Below are positions 1 to 11,278 of a stretch of 64,000 bases of DNA, in pieces. The stretch's first letter is position 1. Every line of letters starts with the position of its first letter. The translations under genes were made by a program, and so were the position numbers. Origin of the DNA: Escherichia phage vB_EcoM_LNA2; the sequence record MZ311865.1, one strand, 5' to 3'. Under the pieces are notes generated by a model. It saw only the letters and a program-made list of their open reading frames with translations. It ran no database searches and was not told the origin of the DNA.

Positions 1-242
1 GCAACTAAGTTGCTTATGAATATCAAGGTGAGTTCCTTCAATTTATATTTCTCTGCTAGTTTTTCAAAGAAATATTTATCTCGGCGTTTTTGATACGCAT
101 TATCCGAAACACGCATGCACCAGTTATATTTGATTACGTCATACCGACCATTAAAATGTTGTTTGCACATCAAGTATAGTTTGTATACCGATTTTCCGTT
201 AATATAACGTTCTCCGTCAGGAGGCATGCGTATTTTAATCAT
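1..242 (-). CDS. 59: helicase-loading protein gp59, N-terminal part (gene runs off window start)
   Basis: Minus-strand ORF from ATG 240-242; N-term MIKIRMPPDGERYINGKSVYKLY... resembles recalled T4 gp59; synteny 59-33-dsbA-rnh. Confidence 0.6.
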   Translation of the reverse strand, partial: MIKIRMPPDGERYINGKSVYKLYLMCKQHFNGRYDVIKYNWCMRVSDNAYQKRRDKYFFEKLAEKYKLKELTLIFISNLV

Positions 243-577
243 AATAAGAAATCTAACGTATTAGTTTTTTCACCACGAGCAACTGATGGGCGAAGCATGT
301 TTTCGTCAATTGCTTCGCTTGTAATTTTTTCAACAATTCCTGTAGGAATAAATTTAGCAAATTGTGTTTCTGGAATAGAATTTTCTTCCAAGAAAGCAGT
401 TGTTGCTTCTAAATAAGACATACCAAATTGTTCAACCATGGATTCGATAATGAATCCGTTTTCTTGACGGTCAAGCAATTTAGCGATATCATCTTTATCG
501 TGTTTTACTGCTAATTCTTGTTCAGATAAACCGGCCTCATCAACCGGTTTAATATCACTTAGTGAAAACTGTGTCAT
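239..577 (-). CDS. 33: late transcription co-activator gp33
   Basis: 112 aa; MTQFSLSDIKPVDE...TNTLDFLL closely matches recalled T4 gp33; conserved position. Confidence 0.85.
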   Translation of the reverse strand: MTQFSLSDIKPVDEAGLSEQELAVKHDKDDIAKLLDRQENGFIIESMVEQFGMSYLEATTAFLEENSIPETQFAKFIPTGIVEKITSEAIDENMLRPSVARGEKTNTLDFLL

Positions 578-824
578 AAAGCTCGACTACCTCTTCATTT
601 TCAGCTTCAAATTGGTCACGAGCGTCTTTATGATAAAGAGCCAACAAACGATTAAACATTTTTCCATCGACGCCAAGCTCTTCTTTAGCACGAGTACGAA
701 TGTCTTTAATCAGTTCATTATAACCAGAAATTTTAAGTTTGTTATCGGAAGCTTCCTTGACTAGTTTAGCCAGTTCTTCACCATGCACATCTTGATTAAA
801 TTCAACTGCTTCTTTCTTAGCCAT
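555..824 (-). CDS. dsbA: dsDNA-binding protein DsbA
   Basis: Track ORF 555..842; likely start is internal ATG 822-824 (SD GAGGT upstream) giving 89 aa MAKKEAVEF...; matches recalled T4 DsbA. Confidence 0.8.
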   Translation of the reverse strand: MAKKEAVEFNQDVHGEELAKLVKEASDNKLKISGYNELIKDIRTRAKEELGVDGKMFNRLLALYHKDARDQFEAENEEVVELYDTVFTK

Positions 825-831
825 GTTTACC

Positions 832-1749
832 TCAGAATTCATTAATTACACTTGTTAATTTAGAAAGACCAGATTTTACAAAGTATGAATAAATCTTGCC
901 TTTAGGTTGTGGTTTATATGAATTATAATACTCTATAATGGTTGAAGCAATATTATCAGGGATATAATCAAAATCAATGAGAACCAAATTTTCTTGGTAC
1001 CGTTTATATTCTTCTGCACTTAATAATACTTCAGCTTGAGAACGGTCATTGGCAATTGCTTCAATAATTGATGTTTTCATGCTTGGAGTTCGTTCACCAT
1101 CAACTCGAGTAAACCAGAAGTCGCCACGAACTCGAACAGATGCAACGCCATCTTTACGGTCACCTTTAAGAATTTTAGTCATGCAATCAATTTCAGCAGA
1201 ACCGTTCTTAATTTTAACCCATTTTTTCTGTGGTGGCGACCACTGTTTAACGTTAGGGTATTTGTGTAATTGTGTAAAGTCACCGTCTGATGCAACAATA
1301 CATACCTTATGACCGGCTAATGACAAATATTTAGTTAATACACCGATATGGTCATCCGCTTCATACTTATCAATATCCATTACAACGTATGGCATGTATT
1401 TCTTAATCTCATCAACAACTTGGCGGAGTGCAGTAAAATATCCTTCCCAATCCCACTTTGAAGCTTCACGATCGGTTTTACGATTTTTCTTGTAATAGTA
1501 AGCAAAATCACGACGCCAATAACCTGAAGTAGCATTATCCATACACAATACAAATTTTGTATAGCCTTGCTTACGGAACATCACTACGTTTTTACGAATT
1601 GAATTCAAGATTACATGGCGAACCATCGGAACAGTAATTTTATCACCATCTTCAAAGTTGTTTAATGCAGCTGCTAATGCAATGTTACTAAAGTCGGCAA
1701 GTGCAATACCTTCTTTGTAATCTTCATCCAACATCATTTCTAAATCCAT
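832..1749 (-). CDS. rnh: RNase H / 5'-3' flap exonuclease
   Basis: 305 aa; near-colinear with recalled T4 RNase H (FEN-1 family); located immediately upstream of gene 34 as in T4. Confidence 0.9.
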   Translation of the reverse strand: MDLEMMLDEDYKEGIALADFSNIALAAALNNFEDGDKITVPMVRHVILNSIRKNVVMFRKQGYTKFVLCMDNATSGYWRRDFAYYYKKNRKTDREASKWDWEGYFTALRQVVDEIKKYMPYVVMDIDKYEADDHIGVLTKYLSLAGHKVCIVASDGDFTQLHKYPNVKQWSPPQKKWVKIKNGSAEIDCMTKILKGDRKDGVASVRVRGDFWFTRVDGERTPSMKTSIIEAIANDRSQAEVLLSAEEYKRYQENLVLIDFDYIPDNIASTIIEYYNSYKPQPKGKIYSYFVKSGLSKLTSVINEF

Positions 1750-1814
1750 ATGAACCTCTTGTTCAGTTAGTCAACTTATCTATAGTAACATACTCATTTG
1801 AAAGCGTAAACTGG

Positions 1815-1822
1815 TATAAATA
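1815..1822 (+). promoter_or_regulatory. T4-type late promoter TATAAATA upstream of gene 34
   Basis: Exact TATAAATA 31 nt upstream of gp34 ATG; late promoter consensus for gp55-RNAP. Confidence 0.5.
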
Positions 1823-1852
1823 AGTATTATTGAAACAATAAAGGAAAAACGA

Positions 1853-4800
1853 ATGGCCGACATCAAACGTAAGTTCAGAGCCGAAGACGGTCTGGACGCC
1901 GGTGGCGACAAGATTGTTAACGTAGCATTAGCCGACCGTACAGTAGGTACTGATGGCGTAAACGTTGACTTCCTGGTACAAGAAAACACCGTTCAAGTAT
2001 ATGATTCTACGCGTGGATATAACAAAGGATTTGTTGTTCTTTATGACAACCGTTTATATCAAGCAATAAATGATATCGTGTCTCCTTCCGGGGCATTTAA
2101 CCTTTTACAATGGCGTGCAGTTCGTACCGATGCACAATGGATAACTGTAGCTTCTGGGTCTTATCAACTTTCTTCAGGTGAATCGATTTCGGTTAACACT
2201 GGTGCCGGCAATGATATGGTTTTCACGTTGCCAAATGCGCCGGTTGATGGTGACACTATTGTTTTGGCTGATATTGGTGGAAGAACCGGGGCAGTTAAAG
2301 TACAGATTAACGCGTCTGTGCAGAGTATTTTAAACTTTAGAGGCGAACAAGTTCGTACAGTTTTAATGACGCGTCCGCGTTCACAACTAGTGTTTGTGTT
2401 TAGTAATCGTTTGTGGCAGATGTATATTACCGATTATGGTAAAGAATCAATCACTGTTACACCTGCTACACCATATCAAGCGCAAGCAAACGATTTTATT
2501 GTTCTTCGTTTTACTAGTGCAGCACCAATCAACATTACACTTCCACGTAATGCTAACAATGGTGATATAATCAGCCTAGTTGATTTAGATAAATTAAACC
2601 CACTGTATCATACGATTATTAAAACATTTGATGATACAACGTCTATTGGCGAAGTCGGGACTCATATCGTCGAAGGTAGAACTTCTTCTGACGCGTTTTT
2701 TGTTTTTGATGCTGCAAATAGTTTATGGCGTATATGGGAAGGCGACCAGAAATCACGTCTTCGTATTATCCGTACAGATTCAAATATTCGCCCAAATGAA
2801 GAAGTTCTTATTTTTGGTACAAATAACGCTACAGCAGAAACTATTAACCTTACGCTTCCTACAGGAATTTTGACCGGTGACACTGTTAAAATTTCAATGA
2901 ACTACATGCGTAAAGGCCAAACAGTAAAAATTAAAGCTGCCGAAGGTGATACAATTGCTTCTTCTGTTGCATTACTTCAGTTCCCTAAACGTTCTGAATA
3001 TCCACCTGATGCTCAATGGGTCTCTGTTACTGAACTAGAATTCAATGGCACTACTTCATATGTTCCTGTATTAGAATTAGCGTATATCGAAGACACCGAT
3101 TCTGACACTCATTATTGGGTTGTGCAACAGAATGTCCCTACGGTAGAACGTGTTGATGCTGGAACTGATGCTACACGAGCTCGTTTAGGTGTTATTGCTC
3201 TTGCTACTCAAGCGCAAGCAAATGTTGATTTAGAGAATACTCCAGCTAAAGAAGTGGCTATTACTCCTGAAACTTTGGCAAATCGTACAGCAACTGAAGC
3301 TCGACGTGGTATCGCTAAAATTGCTACAACAGCACAAGTTAACCAGAATTCCACAGCATCATTTGTGGACGATACTATTGTTACGCCTAAAAAACTAAAT
3401 GAGCGTACAGCAACTGAAACTCGTCGTGGTCTTGCTGAAATTGCTACTCAGGCTGAAACCGATGCTGGTCTTGATGACACAACGATTATTACACCTAAGA
3501 AATTGCAGGCACGTCAGGGCTCTGAAACACTATCTGGTATAGTTAAATATGTATCAACTACTTCTGCTACACCTGCCGCGACTCGTGGAGCTGCAGGCAC
3601 TAATGTTTATAATAAAGACACAACCACGTTAACTATTTCTCCTAAAGCCCTTGACCAATATAAAGCAACTTATGCTCAACAAGGTGCAGTAATTTTAGCT
3701 GTTGATAGTGAAGTAATTGCTGGTCAATCACAAGCAGGTTATTCTCACGCTGTAGTAACTCCTGAAACACTACATAAGAAAACTTCTACTGATGGACGTA
3801 TTGGTTTAATTGAAATTGCTACGCAAGCAGAAACTAATGCTGGGACTGATTATACACGTGCAGTAACGCCTAAGACGTTAAATGATAGGAAAGCTACGGA
3901 AGGATTATCCGGCATAGCCGAACTTGCTACGCAAGTTGAATTTGATACTGGAACTGATGATACTCGTATCTCGACTCCACTGAAAATTAAAACTCATTTT
4001 GATTCTTCTGACCGTACCAGTGTTAATTCTGATTCCGGACTTATTGAAGAAGGAACCTTGTGGAACCATTATACTCTTGATATTTCTAAAGCAAATGAAA
4101 CACAACGTGGTACACTTCGCGTAGCGACCCAGGCAGAATCTAATGCAGGAACTTTAGATGATGTTCTTATTACTCCTAAAAAGCTTTTAGGGACTAAGTC
4201 CACTGAAACGTCTGAAGGCGTAATTAAGGTTGCTACTCAGGCTGAAACTGTAACAGGAACTTCTGCTAATACTGCTGTATCTCCTAAGAATTTAAAATGG
4301 ATTGTCCAGTCTGAACCAACATGGGCTGCTACTACGGCGATTCGTGGATTCGTTAAAACTTCATCCGGTTCTATTACATTCGTTGGTAATGATACAGTTG
4401 GTTCAACACAACCTTTAGAATCATATGAAAAAAATAGCTATGCTATATCTCCATATGAATTAAACCGTGTACTTGCTAACTATTTGCCATTGAAAGCTAA
4501 AGCAGTAGATAGTAATTTATTAGATGGTCTAGATTCATCTCAGTTCATTCGTAGGGATATTGCACAGACGGTTAATGGTTCACTAACCTTAACCCAACAA
4601 ACGAATCTGAGTGCCCCTCTTGTATCATCTAGTACTGCTACGTTTGGTGGTTCAGTTTCGGCAAATAGTACATTGACTATTTCTAACACTGGAACGACTT
4701 CTTCTCGATTTACATTTGAGAAAGGTCCTGCTTCTGGTAGTAATGCTGATTCTGCATTGTATGTTCGTGTATGGGGTAATAAGTACAGCGGCGGTTCTGA

Positions 4801-5731
4801 TGTAACTCGTGCAACGATTATAGAATTCTCTGATGCTACCGGCTCTCATTTCTATTCTCAAAGAGATACGTCAAATAATGTGTTGTTCAACATTTCAGGT
4901 ACGATGCAATCAGTCAACGCTAGCGTTCGTGGTGTTCTGAACGTTACAGGTGTCTCAACGTTTAATAGTTCAGTTACAGCCAATGGTGAATTTATTGGTA
5001 AATCACCAAATGCTTTTAGAGCAATAAATGGAAATTACGGATTCTTTATTCGTAACGCTGGTAATGACACCTATTTTATGCTCACTGCAGCCGGCGACCA
5101 GACAGGTGGATTTAATGGATTACGCCCTTTAGCTATTAATAATCAATCCGGTCAGGTTACAATTGGTGAAAGTTTGATTATTGCTAAAGGTGCTACTATA
5201 AATTCAGGTGGTTTGACTGTTAACTCTAGAATTCGTTCTCAGGGTACTAAAGCATCTGATTTATATACCCGTGCGCCAACATCTGATACTGTAGGATTCT
5301 GGTCAATCGATATTAACGATTCAGCCACTTATAACCAGTTCCCAGGTTATTTTAAAATGGTTGAAAAAACTAATGAAGTGACTGGGCTTCCATACTTAGA
5401 ACGTGGCGAAGAAGTTAAATCTCCTGGTACATTGACTCAGTTTGGTAATACACTTGATTCACTTTACCAAGATTGGATTACTTATCCAACAACTCCGGAA
5501 GCACGTACCACTCGCTGGACACGTACATGGCAGAAAACTAAAAATTCTTGGTCAAGTTTTGTTCAAGTATTTGATGGGGGTAATCCTCCTCAACCTTCTG
5601 ATATCGGTGCTTTACCTTCTGATAATGCAACAATCGGAAACTTGACAATAAGGGATTTCTTAAGGATTGGTAATGTCCGCATTATTCCAGACCCTGTGAA
5701 TAAATCTGTTAAATTCGAGTGGATTGAATAA
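1853..5731 (+). CDS. 34: long tail fibre proximal subunit gp34
   Basis: 1292 aa; N-term MADIKRKFRAEDGLDAGGDKIVNVALADRTVGTDGVNVDF matches T4 gp34; internal ATQAE..ITPKKL fibre repeats. Confidence 0.95.
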   Translation: MADIKRKFRAEDGLDAGGDKIVNVALADRTVGTDGVNVDFLVQENTVQVYDSTRGYNKGFVVLYDNRLYQAINDIVSPSGAFNLLQWRAVRTDAQWITVASGSYQLSSGESISVNTGAGNDMVFTLPNAPVDGDTIVLADIGGRTGAVKVQINASVQSILNFRGEQVRTVLMTRPRSQLVFVFSNRLWQMYITDYGKESITVTPATPYQAQANDFIVLRFTSAAPINITLPRNANNGDIISLVDLDKLNPLYHTIIKTFDDTTSIGEVGTHIVEGRTSSDAFFVFDAANSLWRIWEGDQKSRLRIIRTDSNIRPNEEVLIFGTNNATAETINLTLPTGILTGDTVKISMNYMRKGQTVKIKAAEGDTIASSVALLQFPKRSEYPPDAQWVSVTELEFNGTTSYVPVLELAYIEDTDSDTHYWVVQQNVPTVERVDAGTDATRARLGVIALATQAQANVDLENTPAKEVAITPETLANRTATEARRGIAKIATTAQVNQNSTASFVDDTIVTPKKLNERTATETRRGLAEIATQAETDAGLDDTTIITPKKLQARQGSETLSGIVKYVSTTSATPAATRGAAGTNVYNKDTTTLTISPKALDQYKATYAQQGAVILAVDSEVIAGQSQAGYSHAVVTPETLHKKTSTDGRIGLIEIATQAETNAGTDYTRAVTPKTLNDRKATEGLSGIAELATQVEFDTGTDDTRISTPLKIKTHFDSSDRTSVNSDSGLIEEGTLWNHYTLDISKANETQRGTLRVATQAESNAGTLDDVLITPKKLLGTKSTETSEGVIKVATQAETVTGTSANTAVSPKNLKWIVQSEPTWAATTAIRGFVKTSSGSITFVGNDTVGSTQPLESYEKNSYAISPYELNRVLANYLPLKAKAVDSNLLDGLDSSQFIRRDIAQTVNGSLTLTQQTNLSAPLVSSSTATFGGSVSANSTLTISNTGTTSSRFTFEKGPASGSNADSALYVRVWGNKYSGGSDVTRATIIEFSDATGSHFYSQRDTSNNVLFNISGTMQSVNASVRGVLNVTGVSTFNSSVTANGEFIGKSPNAFRAINGNYGFFIRNAGNDTYFMLTAAGDQTGGFNGLRPLAINNQSGQVTIGESLIIAKGATINSGGLTVNSRIRSQGTKASDLYTRAPTSDTVGFWSIDINDSATYNQFPGYFKMVEKTNEVTGLPYLERGEEVKSPGTLTQFGNTLDSLYQDWITYPTTPEARTTRWTRTWQKTKNSWSSFVQVFDGGNPPQPSDIGALPSDNATIGNLTIRDFLRIGNVRIIPDPVNKSVKFEWIE

Positions 5732-5739
5732 GAGGTATT

Positions 5740-6867
5740 ATGGAAAAATTTATGGCTAAGTTTGGACAAGGATACGTCCAAACGCCATTTTTATCGGAAA
5801 GCAATTCAGTACGATTTAAATTAAGCATAGCGGGCTCTTGCCCGCTATCAACATCTCCTGCTTATATTAAGTTCCAGGATAATCCACTTGGGTCCCAGGT
5901 TTTTTCCGTTGGATTAAACGTTCGTGTAATAAATCCTACAACAGGTGCAGTAGTTGAATCTAAGACATATAATTTCTCTACTGAAAACGACGCCACGTCA
6001 AGTGCATTTGTTACTTTCATGGACACATATGCTTCAAATTTTATATTTGCTCTTGTTACTAACGCTAAAACAAACTTTCCACCAGAAGTTCTTGCATGGC
6101 TTACTAAATCTGGGAGTTCTGCTATTCCATTAGCTCAACAAGTTTTAAATATAGTGGACATTTCTTATTCTGCATTTTATATTTCTGGTAAGAATGCTAT
6201 AGCACTAGAACATATTAAGTATAGTAATAAGAAAACTTCAACCGACTATAGTACACCACTTGATGTTGTGTACGACACGATCGATGATATTGGTGCTACC
6301 GGCTTCCCTAGTCGTACGTACGAATCGACAGACACATTTTTATCTGCTGTTGGAGGTACTAATAATGAAATTAAAAGGATGCCTACAACGTCCCTTATTA
6401 CACCTCTCGCTGGGTATAAATTGAAGCCTGGAGATTTCCTTTATATGAAATTCCAACTAATGGCCGATGCTGATTTGTTAGCACAAGGGACGACACGACT
6501 TTCTATTCGTTTCTTTAAATCTCCTTCTACTTCACCTATTTCATTTAATGATATAAACTTTGATGGGGCTGCAGGTGAATGGAAGATATATGAAGACTAC
6601 ATAGAAATTCCTGCTGGTGCTGACGGGTTCATGATTTATTGTTATCGTACAGCTCCAGTCGGGCAAGGTGGATTAAGAAACGTTATATTCACTGAAGTGT
6701 CATGTAATGGAAGCGTTTCAAAACCTGCTGAGTTTGGTATAAATGGTATTCGTGTAAATTATGTTTCAGAATCTTTAAGTGCTCCAGACATAATGACATT
6801 ACCTACTCAATCTTCAACTGATACTGGTAAGGTATTTGGACAAGAATTTAAAGAAGCATCAGAATAA
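5740..6867 (+). CDS. 35: long tail fibre hinge connector gp35
   Basis: 375 aa ORF directly after gene 34, size and position as T4 gp35. Confidence 0.85.
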   Translation: MEKFMAKFGQGYVQTPFLSESNSVRFKLSIAGSCPLSTSPAYIKFQDNPLGSQVFSVGLNVRVINPTTGAVVESKTYNFSTENDATSSAFVTFMDTYASNFIFALVTNAKTNFPPEVLAWLTKSGSSAIPLAQQVLNIVDISYSAFYISGKNAIALEHIKYSNKKTSTDYSTPLDVVYDTIDDIGATGFPSRTYESTDTFLSAVGGTNNEIKRMPTTSLITPLAGYKLKPGDFLYMKFQLMADADLLAQGTTRLSIRFFKSPSTSPISFNDINFDGAAGEWKIYEDYIEIPAGADGFMIYCYRTAPVGQGGLRNVIFTEVSCNGSVSKPAEFGINGIRVNYVSESLSAPDIMTLPTQSSTDTGKVFGQEFKEASE

Positions 6868-6872
6868 ATTTA

Positions 6873-6897
6873 GGGAGACTTCGGTCTCCCATTTTTG
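6873..6897 (+). terminator. intrinsic terminator, UUCG tetraloop hairpin + T-run
   Basis: GGGAGAC-TTCG-GTCTCCC followed by ATTTTTGT immediately after gene 35 stop. Confidence 0.55.
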
Positions 6898-6905
6898 TAT
6901 AAATA
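6898..6905 (+). promoter_or_regulatory. T4-type late promoter TATAAATA upstream of gene 36
   Basis: Exact TATAAATA 25 nt upstream of gp36 ATG, with AAGGAG RBS. Confidence 0.5.
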
Positions 6906-6929
6906 TGGTATACATATAAGGAGACAACT

Positions 6930-7595
6930 ATGGCCGATTTAAAAGCTGGTAGTACAACTGGCGGTGCCGTTATATGGCACCAAGGTAATTTCCCTTTAAT
7001 GCCAGCAGGTGATGACGTCCTGTATAAAACGTTTAAACTCTATTCAGAATACAATAAACCACAAGCGGCTGATAACGATTTTGTTTCTAAAGCTAATGGT
7101 GGTACTTTTGCGTCAAAGGTAACATTTAATGCTGGTGTTCAAGTACCATATGCTGTAAACAATACAAACCAAAGCGGTATTTATCCTGGCAATGGCGACG
7201 CAGCTACTTTTGCTACAGCAAATATTGATATTGTTTCATGGTATGGTATTGGTTTTAAATCATCACAGGGTTCAGCAGCCCGAACTGTGGTAATTAACAC
7301 ACGTAATGGTGATATTAGTACAAAAGGTGTTGTGTCGGCAGCTGGTCAAGTAAGAAGTGATGCGACTGCTCCTATAGCAGCGAATGACCTTACTAGAAAA
7401 GATTATGTTGATGGACGAATAAATATTATTACAGATAACGCAAATTCCCGTGTATTGCGTAAAGGCGATACCATGACTGGTACTTTAACAGCACCAAACT
7501 TTTTCTCACAGAATCCGGCGTCTGAGGCTAATCATGTTCCTCGTTTCGACCAGATTGTAATTAAAGATTCTGTTCAAGATTTCGGCTATTATTAA
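6930..7595 (+). CDS. 36: long tail fibre distal subunit connector gp36
   Basis: 221 aa; position and size as T4 gp36. Confidence 0.85.
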   Translation: MADLKAGSTTGGAVIWHQGNFPLMPAGDDVLYKTFKLYSEYNKPQAADNDFVSKANGGTFASKVTFNAGVQVPYAVNNTNQSGIYPGNGDAATFATANIDIVSWYGIGFKSSQGSAARTVVINTRNGDISTKGVVSAAGQVRSDATAPIAANDLTRKDYVDGRINIITDNANSRVLRKGDTMTGTLTAPNFFSQNPASEANHVPRFDQIVIKDSVQDFGYY

Positions 7596-7603
7596 GAGGA
7601 CTT

Positions 7604-10600
7604 ATGGCTACATTAAAACAGATACAATTTAAAAGAAGCAAAGTAGCAGGAGTTAATCCTACTGCAGCACAATTAGCCGAAGGCGAATTAGCGATAAACT
7701 TAAAAGATCGAACTCTTTTTACTAAAGATGACCTCGGTAATATTATTAGCCTAGGCTTTGCTAAGGGCGGGGATATTAACGGTAATGTAACTCAAAATGG
7801 AGATTATTTACAGAACGGTACATATAATCTCAATGGAAACCAGTTTGTTTATGCAGGAAAATATATTGAATTTTTACCTAAAACTGCAGGCAATGGTGCT
7901 TGGGCTAACCAACATCTGAATAAAGCTCCTATCTTTACAGATTTGAGTTCAACTACTTCTGTTTCAGAATATCATCCGCTGATTAAACAACGCTATAAAG
8001 ATGGAACTTTTTCTGTTGGTACGTTAGTAAACGAAGGAAGTTTTAAAATTCATTTTATGAATGAATCTGGTGATTCGAAATATTGGACGTTTCGCCGTGA
8101 CGGTGGATTTACTGTTGATGGTGGAGGTTTAGCAGTATCAGGAGGTAGTATAACTACATCTGGAAATATTGCAGCTCTCGGAAATATTACTTCGCCTCAG
8201 ATTAATACTAAAAATATTATTTTAGACACAAAAGCATTTGGACAATACGATTCGCAATCATTAGTTCAATATGTTTATCCTGGAACAGGCGAAGAAAATG
8301 GTGTAAACTATCTTCGTAAAGTTCGCGCTAAATCAGGCGGAACTATTTACCACGAAATCGCTTCAGCTCAAACCGGTAAGAATGATGAAATTTCTTGGTG
8401 GACCGGAAATACACTTACTACTAAATTAATGGGCCTTCGTAATGATGGCGCAATGGTATTACGTCGTTCGCTTGCTATTGGCACAATTACCACTGACGAA
8501 AATACTAATAACTATGGCTCTCCTACTCCAATGGGAGAAAGATATATTGCTTTGGGCGATGCTGCCACTGGTTTAAAATACATTAAGCAGGGTGTTTATG
8601 ATTTAGTAGGTAATTGGAATTCTGTTGCTTCTATTACTCCAGATAGTTTCCGTAGTACTCGTAAAGGTATATTTGGCCGTTCCGAGGACCAAGGTGGAAC
8701 ATGGATAATGCCGGGAACCAATGCTGCTCTCTTGTCTGTTCAAACACAAGCTGATAATAACAATGCTGGAGACGGACAAACTCATATCGGGTACAACGCT
8801 GGCGGTAAAATGAACCACTATTTCCGCGGTACTGGTCAGATGAATATCAATACCCAACAAGGTATGAAAATTAACCCGGGTATTTTGAAACTGGTAACTG
8901 GCGGTGAAAGTATTAGCTTTAATGCCGCAACTGGAAGTATTAATTCTACATTAGCTTTTCGTCTTAATAAAGGCATAATTATTGATGGACCTGATAATCA
9001 GGGATTCCAGTTTAACGCCCCGACGGCTGCAGATGGTACTAGAAGTATATACTGGAACAGTGGTACTCGCGCAGGTCAAAACAAAATCCCTGTTACAGTT
9101 AAAGTGTGGGGTAATTCATTTAACGCATCTGGCGATCGTTCTCGTGAAACGGTTTTTGAAGTAGCTGATGGGCAAGGTTACCATTTTTATTCTCAACGCG
9201 TAGCTCCTGCTCCTGGTTCTACCGTCGGACCTATTCAATTTCGAGTTAATGGTGGTTTATTAACTTCAGGTAGTATTGTTACTTCTGGTTCTATTACAAC
9301 TGAATCTTCTTTAAGTGTTAATAATGGCATGTCAGTAAACGGACAAGCTAAATTCGGTGGAACAGCTGATGCATTAAGAATTTGGAATGCTGAATACGGC
9401 GCAATTTTCCGTCGTTCAGAAGCATCATTATATATTATCCCGACTCCTAAAGATGCTGGAGAATCAGGCGGTATAAGTAATCTTAGACCATTGATAATAG
9501 AACTGAACACTGGCACAGTTAAAATGTCGCATGATGTTCATTTAGGAGATTCTGGATCTGGTACAGGATTATTACAAGTAAGTAATAGTCTTAAAACTAT
9601 TAAAATGATATGTCCAGTAACTATTACTGAACGTAATGCAGCGCTTACTCTAGATTCTCCTTCATCTTCTTCTGCTAATTATTTACAGGGTTCTAAAGCT
9701 GGAACTAGAACGTGGTATGTTGGTCTTGGTGGCTCTGGAAATGATTTATCACTTTATAGTCAATCTTATGGACACGGTCTTGTTATAAGCGATAATTTCG
9801 TGGCAATCAGTAAACCTCTTAAAGTTGGAAATGCTCAATTCGGTACTGATGGTAACATTACTGGTGGTTCTGGTAATTTTGCTAACTTGAATACCACAAT
9901 AAATAACCTTAAGACGGATATTGTGTCGAGTTACCCAATTGGTGCTCCGATTCCTTGGCCTACTGATACACCTCCTGAAGGTTATGCCATAATGGAAGGT
10001 CAAACATTTGATGCTGGCTTGTATCCTAAGTTAGCTGCGGTGTATCCTTCCGGCACTCTGCCTGATATGCGTGGTCAAACTATCAAGGGTAAACCATCTG
10101 GGCGTGCTGTATTAAGTACAGAAGCGGACGGCGTTAAGTCACATAGCCATAGTGCAAGTGCATCAAGCACAGATTTGGGTACTAAAACTACGTCAAGCTT
10201 TGATTATGGTACTAAGACGACAAGTAGCTTCGACTATGGTACTAAGACCAGTAATACCACTGGTAACCATAACCATACCGTGAGTGGTAATACTGGTTCC
10301 GCTGGTGCGCACCAACACGCGCGTTCAGGTCCTCAGGTACAAGGCGGCATACCCACTAGCGTATTCTATGATGGATACAATAGTGCTGGTCCAAACGGCA
10401 ACGCTAAATTCACTGCAACCGTGAGCGGTGCTACTGCATCGTCGAATATGGCCAAAACTTCTTCAGACGGCGCCCACACCCATAGTTGGTCAGGAACTAC
10501 TAGCGCTACTGGTAACCATGCTCATACTGTGGGTATTGGTGCTCATACCCATTCGGTAGGTATTGGTGCCCACTCTCATTCGGTAGCGATTGGTTCTCAT

Positions 10601-10687
10601 GGCCATACTATCACTGTAAATAGTACAGGTAATACAGAAAACACGGTTAAAAACGTTGCTTTTAACTATATCGTTCGTTTAGCATAA
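7604..10687 (+). CDS. 37: long tail fibre distal subunit / receptor-binding protein gp37
   Basis: 1027 aa; N-term [20 protein letters not shown] like T4 gp37; C-terminal His-x-His repeats ([33 protein letters not shown]) typical of gp37 tip. Confidence 0.9.
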   Translation: MATLKQIQFKRSKVAGVNPTAAQLAEGELAINLKDRTLFTKDDLGNIISLGFAKGGDINGNVTQNGDYLQNGTYNLNGNQFVYAGKYIEFLPKTAGNGAWANQHLNKAPIFTDLSSTTSVSEYHPLIKQRYKDGTFSVGTLVNEGSFKIHFMNESGDSKYWTFRRDGGFTVDGGGLAVSGGSITTSGNIAALGNITSPQINTKNIILDTKAFGQYDSQSLVQYVYPGTGEENGVNYLRKVRAKSGGTIYHEIASAQTGKNDEISWWTGNTLTTKLMGLRNDGAMVLRRSLAIGTITTDENTNNYGSPTPMGERYIALGDAATGLKYIKQGVYDLVGNWNSVASITPDSFRSTRKGIFGRSEDQGGTWIMPGTNAALLSVQTQADNNNAGDGQTHIGYNAGGKMNHYFRGTGQMNINTQQGMKINPGILKLVTGGESISFNAATGSINSTLAFRLNKGIIIDGPDNQGFQFNAPTAADGTRSIYWNSGTRAGQNKIPVTVKVWGNSFNASGDRSRETVFEVADGQGYHFYSQRVAPAPGSTVGPIQFRVNGGLLTSGSIVTSGSITTESSLSVNNGMSVNGQAKFGGTADALRIWNAEYGAIFRRSEASLYIIPTPKDAGESGGISNLRPLIIELNTGTVKMSHDVHLGDSGSGTGLLQVSNSLKTIKMICPVTITERNAALTLDSPSSSSANYLQGSKAGTRTWYVGLGGSGNDLSLYSQSYGHGLVISDNFVAISKPLKVGNAQFGTDGNITGGSGNFANLNTTINNLKTDIVSSYPIGAPIPWPTDTPPEGYAIMEGQTFDAGLYPKLAAVYPSGTLPDMRGQTIKGKPSGRAVLSTEADGVKSHSHSASASSTDLGTKTTSSFDYGTKTTSSFDYGTKTSNTTGNHNHTVSGNTGSAGAHQHARSGPQVQGGIPTSVFYDGYNSAGPNGNAKFTATVSGATASSNMAKTSSDGAHTHSWSGTTSATGNHAHTVGIGAHTHSVGIGAHSHSVAIGSHGHTITVNSTGNTENTVKNVAFNYIVRLA
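10178..10249 (+). repeat. tandem 30-nt repeat (2.4 copies) inside gene 37
   Basis: ggtactaaaactacgtcaagctttgattat / ggtactaagacgacaagtagcttcgactat / ggtactaagacc encodes [10 protein letters not shown] x2.4. Confidence 0.6.
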
Positions 10688-10692
10688 GGAGA

Positions 10693-10714
10693 AGGGACTT
10701 CGGTCCCTTTTTAT
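10693..10714 (+). terminator. intrinsic terminator, UUCG tetraloop hairpin + T-run
   Basis: AGGGAC-TTCG-GTCCCT followed by TTTTAT, 6 nt after gene 37 stop. Confidence 0.55.
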
Positions 10715-10717
10715 AAC

Positions 10718-11269
10718 ATGAAACTCTATCATTATTATTTTGACACTAAAGAATTTTACAAAGAAGAAAATTATAAACCATTAAAAGGCGTAGGATTTCC
10801 GGCTCATTCGACACCAAAAAAACCTTTAGACCCTAAAGAAGGCTATGCTGTTATATTTGATGAACGCGAACAAGAATGGGTATATGTTGAAGACCATCGC
10901 GGAAAAACAGTATGGACTTATGATAAGCAAAAAATTGTTATTGACACCCCAGGTGCTCTTCAAAATGTTACTACAGAAGAACCTGGTGAATTTGACATTT
11001 GGACCGGTGACGGGTGGAAGGAAGATGAAGCATATAAACGCGTAGTTCAACGTGATAAGAAAATTCATGAACTCTATAAATTATTCAGTGTTTTAAGTTC
11101 TCTTATTGACGCAGAGGTTGCTAATAGAGAAGAAAAACGAAAATTTAAAGAGCTCAAAAAATTCTTTGCTCTTTTAGAAAAACATGAACATCTTGGCGGC
11201 GAATTCCCTAAATTCCCTGACCTTGAAAACAAATCTATTATCAAAGCGATTATAAATATCTTTAAGTAA
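10718..11269 (+). CDS. 38: tail fibre assembly chaperone gp38 (T4-type)
   Basis: 183 aa; MKLYHYYFDTKEFYKEENYKP... matches recalled T4 gp38. Confidence 0.85.
   Translation: MKLYHYYFDTKEFYKEENYKPLKGVGFPAHSTPKKPLDPKEGYAVIFDEREQEWVYVEDHRGKTVWTYDKQKIVIDTPGALQNVTTEEPGEFDIWTGDGWKEDEAYKRVVQRDKKIHELYKLFSVLSSLIDAEVANREEKRKFKELKKFFALLEKHEHLGGEFPKFPDLENKSIIKAIINIFK
11251..11258 (+). promoter_or_regulatory. T4-type late promoter TATAAATA upstream of holin t
   Basis: Exact TATAAATA inside 3' end of gene 38, 20 nt upstream of t ATG. Confidence 0.45.
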
Positions 11270-11278
11270 GGAGGTATT

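Noticed and set aside
1049-1312. Plus-strand 87-aa ORF inside rnh
   Set aside because: Antisense to a well-supported minus-strand gene, no RBS, and odd composition; typical spurious frame
2628-2883. Overlapping plus and minus ORFs (81 and 73 aa) inside gene 34
   Set aside because: Embedded in the highly supported gp34 frame; no start context
10140-10620. Possible CRISPR-like or minisatellite array in gene 37
   Set aside because: Repeats are in-frame codon repeats ([10 protein letters not shown] and HxH) within a structural protein gene, not spacer-repeat units
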